Shown one piece after another: positions 63,103-64,000 of a stretch of 64,000 nt of DNA. The position numbers and the translations under genes are program-made. This DNA is from Camelus dromedarius (lineage: Eukaryota). How positions within the stretch are numbered: position 1 is the stretch's first letter; every line of letters begins with the position of its first letter. A model generated the notes under the pieces. It worked only from the letters and a program-made list of their open reading frames with translations. It was not told the origin of the DNA and ran no database searches. Location of the stretch: the NCBI RefSeq assembly GCF_036321535.1, contig NC_087437.1, positions 10,294,001 through 10,358,000 of the forward strand, in the 5' to 3' direction.

Positions 63103-64000
63103 GCTTATACTCTTGACAAAGGACTAATTGTGACCAAAGGCAAAGTAAGAATTCTAAAAGAAGAGAGAAATTTTTGCAAGGAATACCTACAAACAGTACA
63201 ACAAAATTTCCTTTAGTTTTTCAAGAGAAATCCCACCTTCTCCATCTTGTTAGAATGAAAGCATACCCTTCTTAAATTAATATTAAGATCCTTGAAACAA
63301 AATGTTATAATCTTTTGAAGGAAAATGATCTTCTTATTTCCTCAGTAACAGCACATCACTTTCTCAACAGAAAAAGAGACTTAGCTTGTAAATGTTATGG
63401 TTCTTTTATTTTCTTCCATTCACCTTCTATTTCCTTGATGTTTGATTTTAAATTAAACATAAGGAACAATTTTGAACATTCAACCTTCACCAAAAAAAAA
63501 AAAAAAAGAGAGAGAGAGAGAGAGAACCTTGATTGATTCGGAGTTTTACTTTATGTACTTACAATTTCCCAGTAGTCCTATTTCTCAATCAGAATTTGAA
63601 TAATCTTTACAACTTGTATTCCCCCCAAACTCAGATTTAATGACTCAGTAGGTTCAGAAAGAGAGATAACAGCTGCAGCTCATCCTGCTGTGCGATTTGG
63701 TAATGACAACGTTATACCACATTAGTGATCGTGACATTAATAAAAAGAAGCCCATAGGATTAACCAAAGACAGCTGACTTTAGTCAAATGTAGGTCAGGC
63801 TTTGTTTGCTCAGAAGCTGGTAATAAATTCCCAGGTAAGCACTCTCAGGTGTCACACATATGTGTCAGGAGCAGAATTTCAGATCCACTAAATGTTTCAC
63901 ATTTTTTACGTTTCCGTAAGCCACTCCTGAATTATTCTTAAGCATTTAATTCCACCGCCAAGCCTACAGGCTCTTTAAAATTATTAACTTATGTGACATC

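Overview
AT-rich, CpG-poor eutherian genomic DNA that looks intergenic or deep-intronic. I can recognise no host protein-coding exon, functional RNA gene or CRISPR-like array; every ORF in the track with a recognisable product is a LINE-1 remnant. Four copies of a tRNA-derived SINE resembling the camelid vic-1 type suggest a camelid (camel/alpaca) genome (inference). The window is dominated by interspersed repeats: L1 of several ages, MIR, L2, L3/CR1, MaLR/ERVL solo LTRs and hAT/Tigger MITEs, many with readable target-site duplications (TSDs). The most notable structures are: a tail-less internal L1 ORF2 piece apparently patched into an older L1 3' tip (9.4-10.4 kb); a long L1 lacking ORF1 (16.3-21.2 kb); a twin-priming inverted L1 (32.6-34.4 kb); a four-layer nest splitting a degenerate ~24-bp tandem array (42.2-44.9 kb); an orphan 47-bp L1 snippet; and repeat-free, motif-dense candidate enhancers/promoter (5.2, 27 and 54.8 kb). 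Repeat family names come from recalled consensus motifs, not a search. I found no convincing novel biological system.
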